In this document: positions 8,916-18,055 of the stretch, piece by piece
Layout: every line of letters begins with the position of its first letter
Position numbering within the stretch: the first letter of the stretch is position 1
Sequence record: MN871447.1
Length of the DNA stretch: 64,000 nucleotides
Direction: 5' to 3' (one strand)
Notes under the pieces: generated by a model
Database searches by the model: none
The model's input: only the letters and a program-made list of their open reading frames with translations
Told to the model about the DNA's origin: nothing
Program-made: the position numbers and the translations under genes

Positions 8916-10961
8916 ATGACCGATATCACTGCATTGAAAATTTCTGAACTATCGCCCAGCTCTAATCCGTCAGAGAATGCGTTTCTTCCGCTCTCAGAAG
9001 CGAATGGAAACGAATCCGAAAAAGTTAGTATTGGTACCCTCAGAGAAACGTTAGGTTTTGAGAACGCGTACAGCACGATTGCTGCCGGGCTCAGTGTAAC
9101 TACAGAGGGGAATGTTTTCTTTGTTTACGAAAACAGTACACGAGACTATGTCTTGGGGTATGTAAACCAAGGGAACGGGACTTACTCTGCATTAATGTCA
9201 GACAGTACGACACAAGTTCGCTACGCGACGAAAGCGCATATTGTCAACTCTTTATTCATGTTACAAGGAGTAGAGAGTTTCGACGCATTACGGACGCTTA
9301 AACCATGGTACCAAGGACAGCGTGTCACGCTGAAGAGTTACTACAAAGACGGGGTTACGGGTGGGGGTATTTTCGTTGCGCGTTTAGGGGTAAATGCGGA
9401 TGACAACGGCACGATTGCTGCCGGGAATGAATTCTACTGGCAACGGATTATTACAGATCAGTTGTCTTTTGAGGACTTTGGTGCAGTCGGGGACGGCGTA
9501 CTGGACGATACTAGTAATATTCAAAAAGCGGTCAACTACTGTGCCAAAAATGGCATTGCACTAACGTGTTTAGGGAAAGTATACGCGGTCAGTACCGTAA
9601 ATTTCCCGACCGATTTAGTGATCGATATGCGTAATGCAGTACTTTTGTCGCTGCCCTCTGTTACGACGGGTTATACCTTAACAATCAGCGGCTATTTGTC
9701 ACCTGCGGCTAATCCAGGGAAATTTGATAATATTCGCGTTCAGCGTACCTTAATTAATACTCATCAACCCGACACTAACAGTGTCGTAGACGGCGTGTCA
9801 TTTGGTGTCGATGCGCACAATATTTCCTTCTACAATCTTAAGGTCTCTGGGTTTAGGGACGGAGTTTGTTTTAACGGGAAGAGTGCTTACCTCATTCGTT
9901 TATACAGTCCGATCATCGGACAATGTTGGCGCCGAGGGATGGCCTTTTATGCGAATACTGATTCCAATGAGAACGTGACTATTTACGGCGGCGTGATTGC
10001 AGATTGTTGTAATTTTACTTTCGACGGTACCGGGCTCTACTTATCAGGGAGTGCCTCGAGTATCGATGTCAGGTTCTTTGGAACCAGTTTTGATTATTGC
10101 GACATCTCAGTTGATATTTATCAATCTAACGTCGAGCTCCACGGTTGTCACTTGGAAAACAATAACAACAACCCTCATATTCGACTTTCGTACACCTCAA
10201 CCAAAAACCAACCCTATTTGATCATGAAAGGGGGGACAATGGGAGGCGGACCGAACGCGAACTCATGGAGCGGTATTCCGGTAGAAAATAGTACGGGTCG
10301 CCCTTACCTCGTCTTCATTACCAACACTGGCGGTGCCCACGTCGATATTGATGGAACTGACACCAGTAAATACATGACGGGAGTCAGGAGAACTACCGAG
10401 ATCGTAGGTGTAGAGGGGGATAACTACCAGTTGATCGGGACCTTAAGGGTGAGGAACAAAATGACCTCTGGAAACATGGATAACGCCAGTCGTCCCATGC
10501 GACCTTGTAGTGCCCTTAACGTTATTCTGATCAACCAGTATCAAACTGCCGCATGGACACCGAGTTACACTAACGCCGACCTCACTTATACGATTGATAC
10601 TACGAATTATTCTAACCCTAATTCACCGCACTCACGAAAAATTACACAAGGAAGCGTACGTAACGTCTCTTACTGGCAGGACGTGACACTGCGCGGCGGA
10701 GATATTTTCCACGCGGAGGCCGAAATCAAAATTACCTCGTTGACGGCTGGTTACGTCGCACTTCGAGTGGATTTTTACGACTCTGCCGGGAACGTAATAC
10801 AATCGTCAATCAAATCTGTATCTGCGGTGACAACCGATTGGAATAACGTGTGGGTCTGGTTACGTGCGCCAAACGGTACAGTCAAGGCAAAAGTTCAAGA
10901 GTACTTAAACGGTTTTGTTGGAACGGCATATTTCACCAATGAACACGTTTGGATTTCTTAA
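8916..10961 (+). CDS. Tailspike/depolymerase (KISEL anchor, GGG-F/DDNG module, beta-helix, CBM-like C-terminus)
   Basis: Start moved to MTDITALKISEL (ATG 8916, GGAG RBS). Contains FGAVGDGVLDDT, a beta-helix and a C-terminal YWQDVTL...FYDSAG...LRAPNGTVKAKV module. Confidence 0.85.
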   Translation: MTDITALKISELSPSSNPSENAFLPLSEANGNESEKVSIGTLRETLGFENAYSTIAAGLSVTTEGNVFFVYENSTRDYVLGYVNQGNGTYSALMSDSTTQVRYATKAHIVNSLFMLQGVESFDALRTLKPWYQGQRVTLKSYYKDGVTGGGIFVARLGVNADDNGTIAAGNEFYWQRIITDQLSFEDFGAVGDGVLDDTSNIQKAVNYCAKNGIALTCLGKVYAVSTVNFPTDLVIDMRNAVLLSLPSVTTGYTLTISGYLSPAANPGKFDNIRVQRTLINTHQPDTNSVVDGVSFGVDAHNISFYNLKVSGFRDGVCFNGKSAYLIRLYSPIIGQCWRRGMAFYANTDSNENVTIYGGVIADCCNFTFDGTGLYLSGSASSIDVRFFGTSFDYCDISVDIYQSNVELHGCHLENNNNNPHIRLSYTSTKNQPYLIMKGGTMGGGPNANSWSGIPVENSTGRPYLVFITNTGGAHVDIDGTDTSKYMTGVRRTTEIVGVEGDNYQLIGTLRVRNKMTSGNMDNASRPMRPCSALNVILINQYQTAAWTPSYTNADLTYTIDTTNYSNPNSPHSRKITQGSVRNVSYWQDVTLRGGDIFHAEAEIKITSLTAGYVALRVDFYDSAGNVIQSSIKSVSAVTTDWNNVWVWLRAPNGTVKAKVQEYLNGFVGTAYFTNEHVWIS

Positions 10962-10974
10962 GAAGGAACTCACT

Positions 10975-11196
10975 ATGTTTCAAGTAGGCGACACCGTTCG
11001 CATCCTTTCTTGTCAAACTCGAGAAGACTTAGTTGGGAAAGAAACGACCATCAGTGCACTGGACGCTAAATTGAAAGATTTGGCTTGGGCAGATATCTAC
11101 GGAATGGATCAATATATTTCGGTGGTCATCGATACCGATGCACGGTTTATTGCGGCTCAATTGGAACTCGTAGCCAGTGACATTGAAGGCTCTTAA
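10975..11196 (+). CDS. Small hypothetical protein, possibly an SH3/KOW-like barrel
   Basis: MFQVGDTVRIL... (73 aa) with an AAGGA RBS right after the tailspike stop. Confidence 0.6.
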   Translation: MFQVGDTVRILSCQTREDLVGKETTISALDAKLKDLAWADIYGMDQYISVVIDTDARFIAAQLELVASDIEGS

Positions 11197-11207
11197 GTTA
11201 TAGGCAA

Positions 11208-11251
11208 TGAGGGGACCTAGGTCCCCTCATTGCCTTGTTTCGTATGACCAT
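11208..11251 (+). promoter_or_regulatory. Terminator hairpin + TATG late-promoter cassette
   Basis: gaggggacctaggtcccctc hairpin then TTGTTTCGTATGACCAT, 17 nt identical to 8874-8890. Confidence 0.7.
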
Positions 11252-11271
11252 CCCCATTCAGGATTAAAGAC

Positions 11272-13647
11272 ATGTCTAATGAAATACAGAAAATTAGCGA
11301 GTTGAACCCTGCTACTACGCTGACTGAAAACACTCTACTCCCTGTGGTCTCTGAACAGACGGAGACCAATAACACAGATATCTCAACACTGCGTTCAGTC
11401 TTGTTGTTCGACAAAGCCTTCAACTCAATCGCAGAAGGTGCAGATGGAACGGAGAAGGGAGAGTCTTACTTTGTTTACACGGATGTAACCAAAACCGCGG
11501 TACAGGGTTACGTCAACCAAGGTGGGGGTTCTTACACGCCGCTCGTAGATATTAATGGCGTCGCTGTTCGGTACATCTCCGGGCAGACGTTACGAGGGTT
11601 AGATTATTTTACTAACGGTGTAGATTCCTTCGCTAAGTTACGGACACTATCGCCTCTGTACGCAGGACAACGCGTAAAGTTGAAAAGTTGGGTAGCGGGT
11701 GGAAAAACAGGCGGCGGGGAATTTATCGCCGGAATCGGATCAGCAACGGATGACGGCGGGACAATCGCCGCGGGAAACGGATTCTACTGGGAAAGGGTAC
11801 TCTCTGAGCCCGTAATTTATCCAGAGTTTTTTGGTGCAGTCCCGGGAGGTACGGACTCACTTTCTGCCATCCAACAAGCACTAAAAGTTGCGGCCGGAAA
11901 ATACCCCGTCTCGTTTTGTAAAAGTACCTATTCCATTTCTGGACCTATTTATATCCCTAGTAATTCTGTCCTTAATGGAAACGGGGCAACATTAAAAACA
12001 TTAACTCCTATTGATACTACTTGGATGCAAGGCGCTATTTTCGCACCGGGCAATTATCACCCGGAATATGTGAGTAATGTCCCTAAGAACAATCTTACCT
12101 CCACCTACGGGAGTAACGTGGTTGGCATTGACCCCTCTCTCGTCAGTAAATACAAAACAGGCGATTTAGTGAGGATCTCATCCGTGCGAGGGATTCTTAA
12201 CGGTGGTTTTCTTATCCCGTTTTACATGAAGCTTTGTAAAGTAATAGGTGTATCCGGTAGCAATATCACGTTGGATATTCCTGTCGATTATACTGGTTCT
12301 GATCTGACCATTATGCAAGCAAATCAGCCCGCTTACAATGCTCGTTTTAATCAGCCACTATTTGTTTGTGAAAACGCCATCGTTCAAGACTTTGTTGTAG
12401 ACACTTGGGACCATTGGACTGGCGACAGCGCAACTTTTAATTGCGTTTTCCGTAACATCTCAGGTAAAGCCCGCGCGGTGGTTTATGGGAATACTTTTTG
12501 TCGTACGCGTTTTGATAATATCAATATCACTTTTCGCGGAAGAATCAGTGAACTGGCATTTGGTTCTCACGATACTCGCATTACCAACCTCACTGCGATT
12601 GCCGATACGACCCTTAATGCTAACGCCATGATAACATGGGCAGAAAGCGGCGATAACTGTCATATTGATGGTTTTACACTGGTATTCAATAATACCGCGG
12701 CGCCGTCGGTAATTTGCCGTTTCTCCTCCTTCACTAATAGTTCCATTCGAAACGGCATGATCTTCGGGGTGACAAACAGTAATAACATTTTATCCTTCGA
12801 GAGTTATGGTGGTGATCGTGTTCCTTGTAGCAATAACCTGTTTGAAAATATCACGATAAATTACGTCACGAAAACAGCGGTAATTTGTGATACGTACCAT
12901 TCTGCTGCGGATTCATTGGTAACGAACTGCCAGTTCAAAAACATCAATTATATTGGTATTAAACCAGACGTAGCAATTTTAAGGACGATGACTTCGGCAG
13001 GAATCAGTAACCCTATTAAAGGACTTAAGGCAACCATCTCGTCAGTAAATGGCGGGGCTTTCGTAGCGAACGATTCTATTGAGGGGTTAATTGATTTAAC
13101 GGGCCCTATTACCATTTCATCTTTAGCGGCGATTGCAACAAAAAATCGAGTGAAACTGATTAACAGTTCCCGATTCACTTTCCACGGAAACGACAACGTG
13201 ATTGAAAACAGTGTATCAATCACAGACTCGACTCCAGGATCGGTCTATAAGGTCATTAACTACCCCGTAGGGTCTATTCGTCTCAATGATGAAATCACTT
13301 TCAAACTAGAGGGTTCCACCGCGGGTAACTTAGGGGCGAAAACAATTGGAATTGGTTTTTTGGATAACACGTCGCCTACACGGGTACTAGTCGGTCCTTC
13401 TTTGACGCAGGCCGCTGGCGGGTCGATTTTCAACATAGAAGGTAGCATTAGCATTATCGGTGGCTTTGCTGTTATTACTGCGGTACTTAACGATAATGGG
13501 ACAATCAAACCTTTTCGCGCCATCGGGAACATTGACCCTATCACGTCCGCCGATTTTACTTTGAACGTTATTCTTCGTAACAACGCTGCGGGAGACACCA
13601 TCAATCTTCAGCGATTAACTATACGAAATATTGATTTAACTTGGTAG
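11272..13647 (+). CDS. Tailspike/depolymerase (KISEL anchor, beta-helix)
   Basis: MSNEIQKISEL anchor, GVDSFAKLRTL...GGGEF...DDGGTI module, FGAVPGGTDS motif and a beta-helix. Confidence 0.85.
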   Translation: MSNEIQKISELNPATTLTENTLLPVVSEQTETNNTDISTLRSVLLFDKAFNSIAEGADGTEKGESYFVYTDVTKTAVQGYVNQGGGSYTPLVDINGVAVRYISGQTLRGLDYFTNGVDSFAKLRTLSPLYAGQRVKLKSWVAGGKTGGGEFIAGIGSATDDGGTIAAGNGFYWERVLSEPVIYPEFFGAVPGGTDSLSAIQQALKVAAGKYPVSFCKSTYSISGPIYIPSNSVLNGNGATLKTLTPIDTTWMQGAIFAPGNYHPEYVSNVPKNNLTSTYGSNVVGIDPSLVSKYKTGDLVRISSVRGILNGGFLIPFYMKLCKVIGVSGSNITLDIPVDYTGSDLTIMQANQPAYNARFNQPLFVCENAIVQDFVVDTWDHWTGDSATFNCVFRNISGKARAVVYGNTFCRTRFDNINITFRGRISELAFGSHDTRITNLTAIADTTLNANAMITWAESGDNCHIDGFTLVFNNTAAPSVICRFSSFTNSSIRNGMIFGVTNSNNILSFESYGGDRVPCSNNLFENITINYVTKTAVICDTYHSAADSLVTNCQFKNINYIGIKPDVAILRTMTSAGISNPIKGLKATISSVNGGAFVANDSIEGLIDLTGPITISSLAAIATKNRVKLINSSRFTFHGNDNVIENSVSITDSTPGSVYKVINYPVGSIRLNDEITFKLEGSTAGNLGAKTIGIGFLDNTSPTRVLVGPSLTQAAGGSIFNIEGSISIIGGFAVITAVLNDNGTIKPFRAIGNIDPITSADFTLNVILRNNAAGDTINLQRLTIRNIDLTW

Positions 13648-13652
13648 AACAC

Positions 13653-13698
13653 GAGGAGGGGTTTTAATCCCTCCTCTCTTTTGTGTTTCGTATGACCA
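13653..13698 (+). promoter_or_regulatory. Terminator hairpin + TATG late-promoter cassette
   Basis: gaggaggg...ccctcctc hairpin, T-tract, then TGTTTCGTATGACCA. Confidence 0.7.
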
Positions 13699-13723
13699 GT
13701 TAGCTTTCTTCAGGAAAACAAAT

Positions 13724-15718
13724 ATGTCTAATGATACTCAAAAAATTTCGGAATTAGGGAGTGCGGCTAGCGTCCCTGAGAACTCAATGGTCCCTATAGT
13801 GACGGTTCCTACCGAAACAAACCAGATCACTCTTTCTTCGTTGCGCTCGGTATTAAATTTCGAAAGTGCCTTTGACACTATCGAATTAGGATTAGCTGGG
13901 ACAGAAAAGAACGAACCCTTCTTCGTTTACACCGACGATACTCGGTCATTTGTTAACGGGTATCTCAATCAAGGGGGTGGGACCTATACATCGCTTCTCG
14001 ATAAGGACGGTAAGCAGATCAATAACGTTGTTTACAGTAAAATTATTGGGAGTGTTTATCGTGGGTTTGTTAGCGGGCTCTGTCAGAACGCGGGGTTCGG
14101 AAGCGATAATATAGTCGTTTTAAAGAAAGGGTTAGTGCTCTCGGGGATCATGGTAGTCATCGACACTACATCGCTCCGTTTTTATTTCAGCAACAATTCT
14201 GCTCTCACTGTTGACCATTGGGCACAGAGCGGCGACAACCTTGTGGTGACGGATTCCTCAGGGAATAACGTTACACTAGCAGACGGTTGGTCGCAACTAT
14301 TAACGGGCGGTACTCTCCCAGTTGACGTAAGAAGCGAGACTATTGATTTCTGGGAAAGAATTAAAACCAACGGACAATTTGATCTGACAGCTAGACCAAA
14401 CGACCCAAAAGGGATTGCAGGTATTGTTTTTGGCGGTAAGAATAACAAAGGCGCGTTGGTTATTGATCAGAGAGGTCGTCTCCAGACCTATGCGATTAAA
14501 AATGGTGTCATGACGGCGGCCAGAATGGCTATCCCTGTAACGGAGCCTTACGGTTATGGTGCCGGGTCGCGGTTAGGAAGCATCACTCGCTTTCCGGTCA
14601 GCGGCGCGGAAGACGATACTCTCTCTTCGTCTATTATTTTTCTACCCCAAGCAGATGGTTCAGTGAAAGCCTATTTAGCAGGTCCCGGGCTGTATACAAA
14701 CTTTGCTGCGCCTTTTCCCGATGCCGTAAAACGCGTAGCTAAAGAGATTGTTACAGCCGACCTTTTACCAAGTGCTTTATTGAATTCTTCTACTAACCCA
14801 ACCGATTGGCTCAGCACGGAGTCTTGGGTTAAATTGGTGACGGTCAATGACAATATTCAAGGCTCGGTATTCAGCGGTATTTATTCTGGGGGTGCGGGTT
14901 TATCGGAAGCTGTATGCGCTTACTTGATTGAATTCCAATCGAAACCCTCGAATGTGACTACCGTCAACGCAAACACACTGCGTTACTACCTTAGAATTAC
15001 GTCACTTCGTTCTCGAGGAGATCTGCGTTACAGTTCAGGAACGGTACGTTTTGGAGTGGTGCGAGATGCGACGGCCAACACTTCAACGCTTTATGCGCGC
15101 TTAGCGGTTCGTTCTGAGAACTCTTCCCTTATTCCCTTACGTGCTGACCCGCCTGGTTCCGATGGCGTCGCGAAAGTAACCATCAATACTGTATTAAACA
15201 GCTATGTTACGACTGAGCCCTCCGGGATCGTGTACCTCCCCGTTACGGAGTCGCTGACTACCAACGTCGCTGTTCAGCTCAACAATGGGACGTATGCTCA
15301 GACACGCGGAGCAGTGATTCGATTAACGAATAATCTTTCAGCCAACACTCGCGGGTCATTCGTCACCTCGGGAGAGTTCTCCGCTAACGATACTTTATCT
15401 GCTATCAACCGTGGCTACGCTGGACTAGGAACAGTGACAGCTGCTCGAGTATCGACAGGGAAATATACGATCACAGGGGCCTCCACAGGGACTTCTTCGG
15501 TGGCCTGGAAAATCACACCTCCATTTGGGTCCTTTGGCTCGGGTATTCAAAACCTGGTAGCGGTAATCGAATCGGACGTTTCCAATGTCATTACTATCGG
15601 CGTGAGAAAAATTCTTTACACCGCTGATACTACCACCGGTGCGGTCACGACAGCGTTGGGAGATTATGTAGATATCCCGAATGATACCTGGATCGATATC
15701 CACACTACGCTCAGTTGA
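13724..15718 (+). CDS. Tail fibre protein (KISEL anchor, non-beta-helix body, fibre C-terminal domain)
   Basis: MSNDTQKISEL anchor. The C-terminus RVSTGKYTITG...W.ITPP...DIPNDTWIDIH is typical of a phage tail-fibre tip domain. Confidence 0.75.
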   Translation: MSNDTQKISELGSAASVPENSMVPIVTVPTETNQITLSSLRSVLNFESAFDTIELGLAGTEKNEPFFVYTDDTRSFVNGYLNQGGGTYTSLLDKDGKQINNVVYSKIIGSVYRGFVSGLCQNAGFGSDNIVVLKKGLVLSGIMVVIDTTSLRFYFSNNSALTVDHWAQSGDNLVVTDSSGNNVTLADGWSQLLTGGTLPVDVRSETIDFWERIKTNGQFDLTARPNDPKGIAGIVFGGKNNKGALVIDQRGRLQTYAIKNGVMTAARMAIPVTEPYGYGAGSRLGSITRFPVSGAEDDTLSSSIIFLPQADGSVKAYLAGPGLYTNFAAPFPDAVKRVAKEIVTADLLPSALLNSSTNPTDWLSTESWVKLVTVNDNIQGSVFSGIYSGGAGLSEAVCAYLIEFQSKPSNVTTVNANTLRYYLRITSLRSRGDLRYSSGTVRFGVVRDATANTSTLYARLAVRSENSSLIPLRADPPGSDGVAKVTINTVLNSYVTTEPSGIVYLPVTESLTTNVAVQLNNGTYAQTRGAVIRLTNNLSANTRGSFVTSGEFSANDTLSAINRGYAGLGTVTAARVSTGKYTITGASTGTSSVAWKITPPFGSFGSGIQNLVAVIESDVSNVITIGVRKILYTADTTTGAVTTALGDYVDIPNDTWIDIHTTLS

Positions 15719-15729
15719 TTGAGGTAAAA

Positions 15730-17391
15730 ATGAACTACTATTACATTGATTCGTCCGCTACAGTTAATGGGACCGGGACGAAAAGCAATCCCTTTAATTC
15801 GATTCAGTCAGCGATTGACGCCAACCTAGTCCACCCGCTAACGCTATACCTTAAAGCAGGGCAAACTTACGAACTGGCATATTACAACCGTACCGCAACC
15901 AGTTTCTTTAATAATAAGACTGGTATACAGTCTGTTATTACTAGATACGGTGCGGGCGCCAAACCAATACTCACCAGTAATAACGATACGATTATCATTG
16001 ATGCGTACGCGTGCCAAATAAAGTTTGAAGACATTCGTATTTCCCCGAAACCTGGATCAGAAAGAACCGCCATTTACCTTAACCTGATTCCAATCGGCGA
16101 TAGTGCCAATAACAATATTTGTAACTTAACCTTAAACAAAGTTGACTTTATTGGTACACCTGAGTCGTTAGGGGGGATGAACGGAATCAATCGGGTGTTC
16201 TGTTTGAACAGTTTGGTCGATTATGCCGGGCTTAATAACATTGCCCATAAACTCTTAATCAGTAACTGTACGTTCGACAACGTGAATGCCGGTGTACAAT
16301 TGAGAGGTAACCCAGATCTCTCGGACAAAACGACTTATCACGGTGACCAGAAGAAAAGTTATGGTTTTAGGGTGATCAACTGTTCGTTTACGAACATCAT
16401 TAACTCGGCGGTGTTCATTGGTTGGGCAGCGAGTAAAAATCAATCGCGGAATGTCATTGGCGACGACATGGCGACGGGTGTGGACGGACTGTACTATTCC
16501 AGTTACCGTTACAACGTGTACAATACCGCAACAGGTGCGTCTCAAGCCGATGTCCCGGTTTGGTTCTCTGGAACACGTTATCTGACATTACAGAATTTCG
16601 AAATCCACGGCGCCGGCCCGGCTTACCCTGACCGTCAAACTATTGACTTCGATTATCATTGTCACTATTGCGTGGCGCGTTATGGATATACTTCAAACAA
16701 CGCCCGCGGTTCAATGATTATCCAAGGACCTTTCAGTAACAGCTGGTACAGTTCTAAAGGGTACACGCCATTGTCCAATGATGCGTATACTTTGTACTAT
16801 ACGCTTGGTTTTGGGTCGATCGGTAACGTCATCGAATATGTGATTTCATTTAACGATGGAGTAGCGAGAACCACCAATACAGCAGATAAATTTTGGCAAA
16901 AAACCTCTGCGTTTCGCTACGTCTATGATAATGTTGTACGGAACTGTGTGTTCATTGATACGGTCACTACAAGTAACGATAATGCGATAGCTATAAACCC
17001 GCAGGCCGATGACAATGCAACGGCACTCAGTTTGACGCTTGATAGCAACATTTTTTATTACACCAATAAAACAGCTACGGAACTTGTGGTAGGTAGTACG
17101 GTGTCCGGTTTCCCAGGGTTATTAGGTAAATTTAAACTCAAAAATAATGTCTTCTATTCTGAAAAATGGAATGGTGTACAACCCACTTCCACAGGATTTC
17201 TGGAAGAAAGTAATCTATTCAGCAACCCAGCGTTCATCAATGGTTTGTCTAATAGCGCTTTCAGCGGATTAAAAGAAGCTTTACTCAATATTAAAGTCAA
17301 AATGAATAGTCCTTGTATCGGTAACGGTACAACGGGAGTTTCGCCGGATTTTGATGGTAAAATTGGTAATAATATCGGAATCGTCCAGTAA
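15730..17391 (+). CDS. Anchor-less right-handed beta-helix protein (putative polysaccharide lyase/depolymerase)
   Basis: ATG 15730 after a GAGGT RBS. YYIDSSA..NGTGTKSNPFNSIQ.AI...LYLKAGQTY is a pectin-lyase-fold start, and NxFxNP.F lies near the C-terminus. Confidence 0.75.
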   Translation: MNYYYIDSSATVNGTGTKSNPFNSIQSAIDANLVHPLTLYLKAGQTYELAYYNRTATSFFNNKTGIQSVITRYGAGAKPILTSNNDTIIIDAYACQIKFEDIRISPKPGSERTAIYLNLIPIGDSANNNICNLTLNKVDFIGTPESLGGMNGINRVFCLNSLVDYAGLNNIAHKLLISNCTFDNVNAGVQLRGNPDLSDKTTYHGDQKKSYGFRVINCSFTNIINSAVFIGWAASKNQSRNVIGDDMATGVDGLYYSSYRYNVYNTATGASQADVPVWFSGTRYLTLQNFEIHGAGPAYPDRQTIDFDYHCHYCVARYGYTSNNARGSMIIQGPFSNSWYSSKGYTPLSNDAYTLYYTLGFGSIGNVIEYVISFNDGVARTTNTADKFWQKTSAFRYVYDNVVRNCVFIDTVTTSNDNAIAINPQADDNATALSLTLDSNIFYYTNKTATELVVGSTVSGFPGLLGKFKLKNNVFYSEKWNGVQPTSTGFLEESNLFSNPAFINGLSNSAFSGLKEALLNIKVKMNSPCIGNGTTGVSPDFDGKIGNNIGIVQ

Positions 17392-17402
17392 AACATAAAT
17401 GA

Positions 17403-17434
17403 GGAGAGAGGGAGCATTTGCTCCCTCTCTCCTA
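17403..17434. terminator. Bidirectional terminator between convergent genes
   Basis: ggagagagggagc-attt-gctccctctctcc perfect stem. Confidence 0.8.
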
Positions 17435-17439
17435 TTCGC

Positions 17440-18006
17440 TTAATTCCCGGTTTGTTCAACCAGAATGAATTTGCTGTCTTCGGTGTTAATCGCTTTACCA
17501 GATTCGGTAAGCAGAGAACCACGAGGAATCTTACTACCGCCACTACACGTGACGTCAAGGTTACCTGACCAGACGTGACTATTATAAGTCGTACCAGCTT
17601 TGGTCTGGATGGTCACAACCGCGGTTTCTCCGGACGGAATGAACGGCAGGTAATCGTCCGCATTCGCAATATCTTCAACGTCAATATAGAGACTGTATTT
17701 AGCTTTGATCAGCGGTAAAAGATCAGCGATTGTCGATGCTGTTTCCGGCAGGACTAACGTAGGGCCAACCGACGCCATCAGTTTGTTCAGTTCGATACGG
17801 GTGTAAGTAAAGGTCTTACTCCCGGTTACCGGAGAACGGCCTGTAACGAGCACGGAGACACGATCTTCTGTGCCCGGTACCGTAGAACCAGTGATGTTAC
17901 CAAAGCTCAGGTAGCTGGCGTTGAGCGGCGTAGTGAGGTTATTCTGCTGACTGATCAGATCAGCGAGAATCTCGTATTTGGGACGACCGAATAAATCGAC
18001 GTACAT
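17440..18006 (-). CDS. Virion structural protein (phiKZ gp131-135-like domain) with C-terminal LLTE..TE motif; candidate RBP adaptor
   Basis: The GSKTFTYTRIELNKL...IKAKYSLYIDVEDI...WSGNLDV pattern is recalled from phiKZ-like baseplate/fibre paralogs. The protein ends GSLLTESGKAINTEDSKFILVE. Confidence 0.55.
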   Translation of the reverse strand: MYVDLFGRPKYEILADLISQQNNLTTPLNASYLSFGNITGSTVPGTEDRVSVLVTGRSPVTGSKTFTYTRIELNKLMASVGPTLVLPETASTIADLLPLIKAKYSLYIDVEDIANADDYLPFIPSGETAVVTIQTKAGTTYNSHVWSGNLDVTCSGGSKIPRGSLLTESGKAINTEDSKFILVEQTGN

Positions 18007-18055
18007 TGTGTATACTCCATCTTAATTTTGTAAGCTTACACAGTAATGCGTGCTA

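Noticed and set aside
8874-13698. Spaced 15-17-nt repeats as a CRISPR-like array
   Set aside because: The repeats are kilobases apart and sit at gene starts. They are better explained as promoters, and no cas genes are present.
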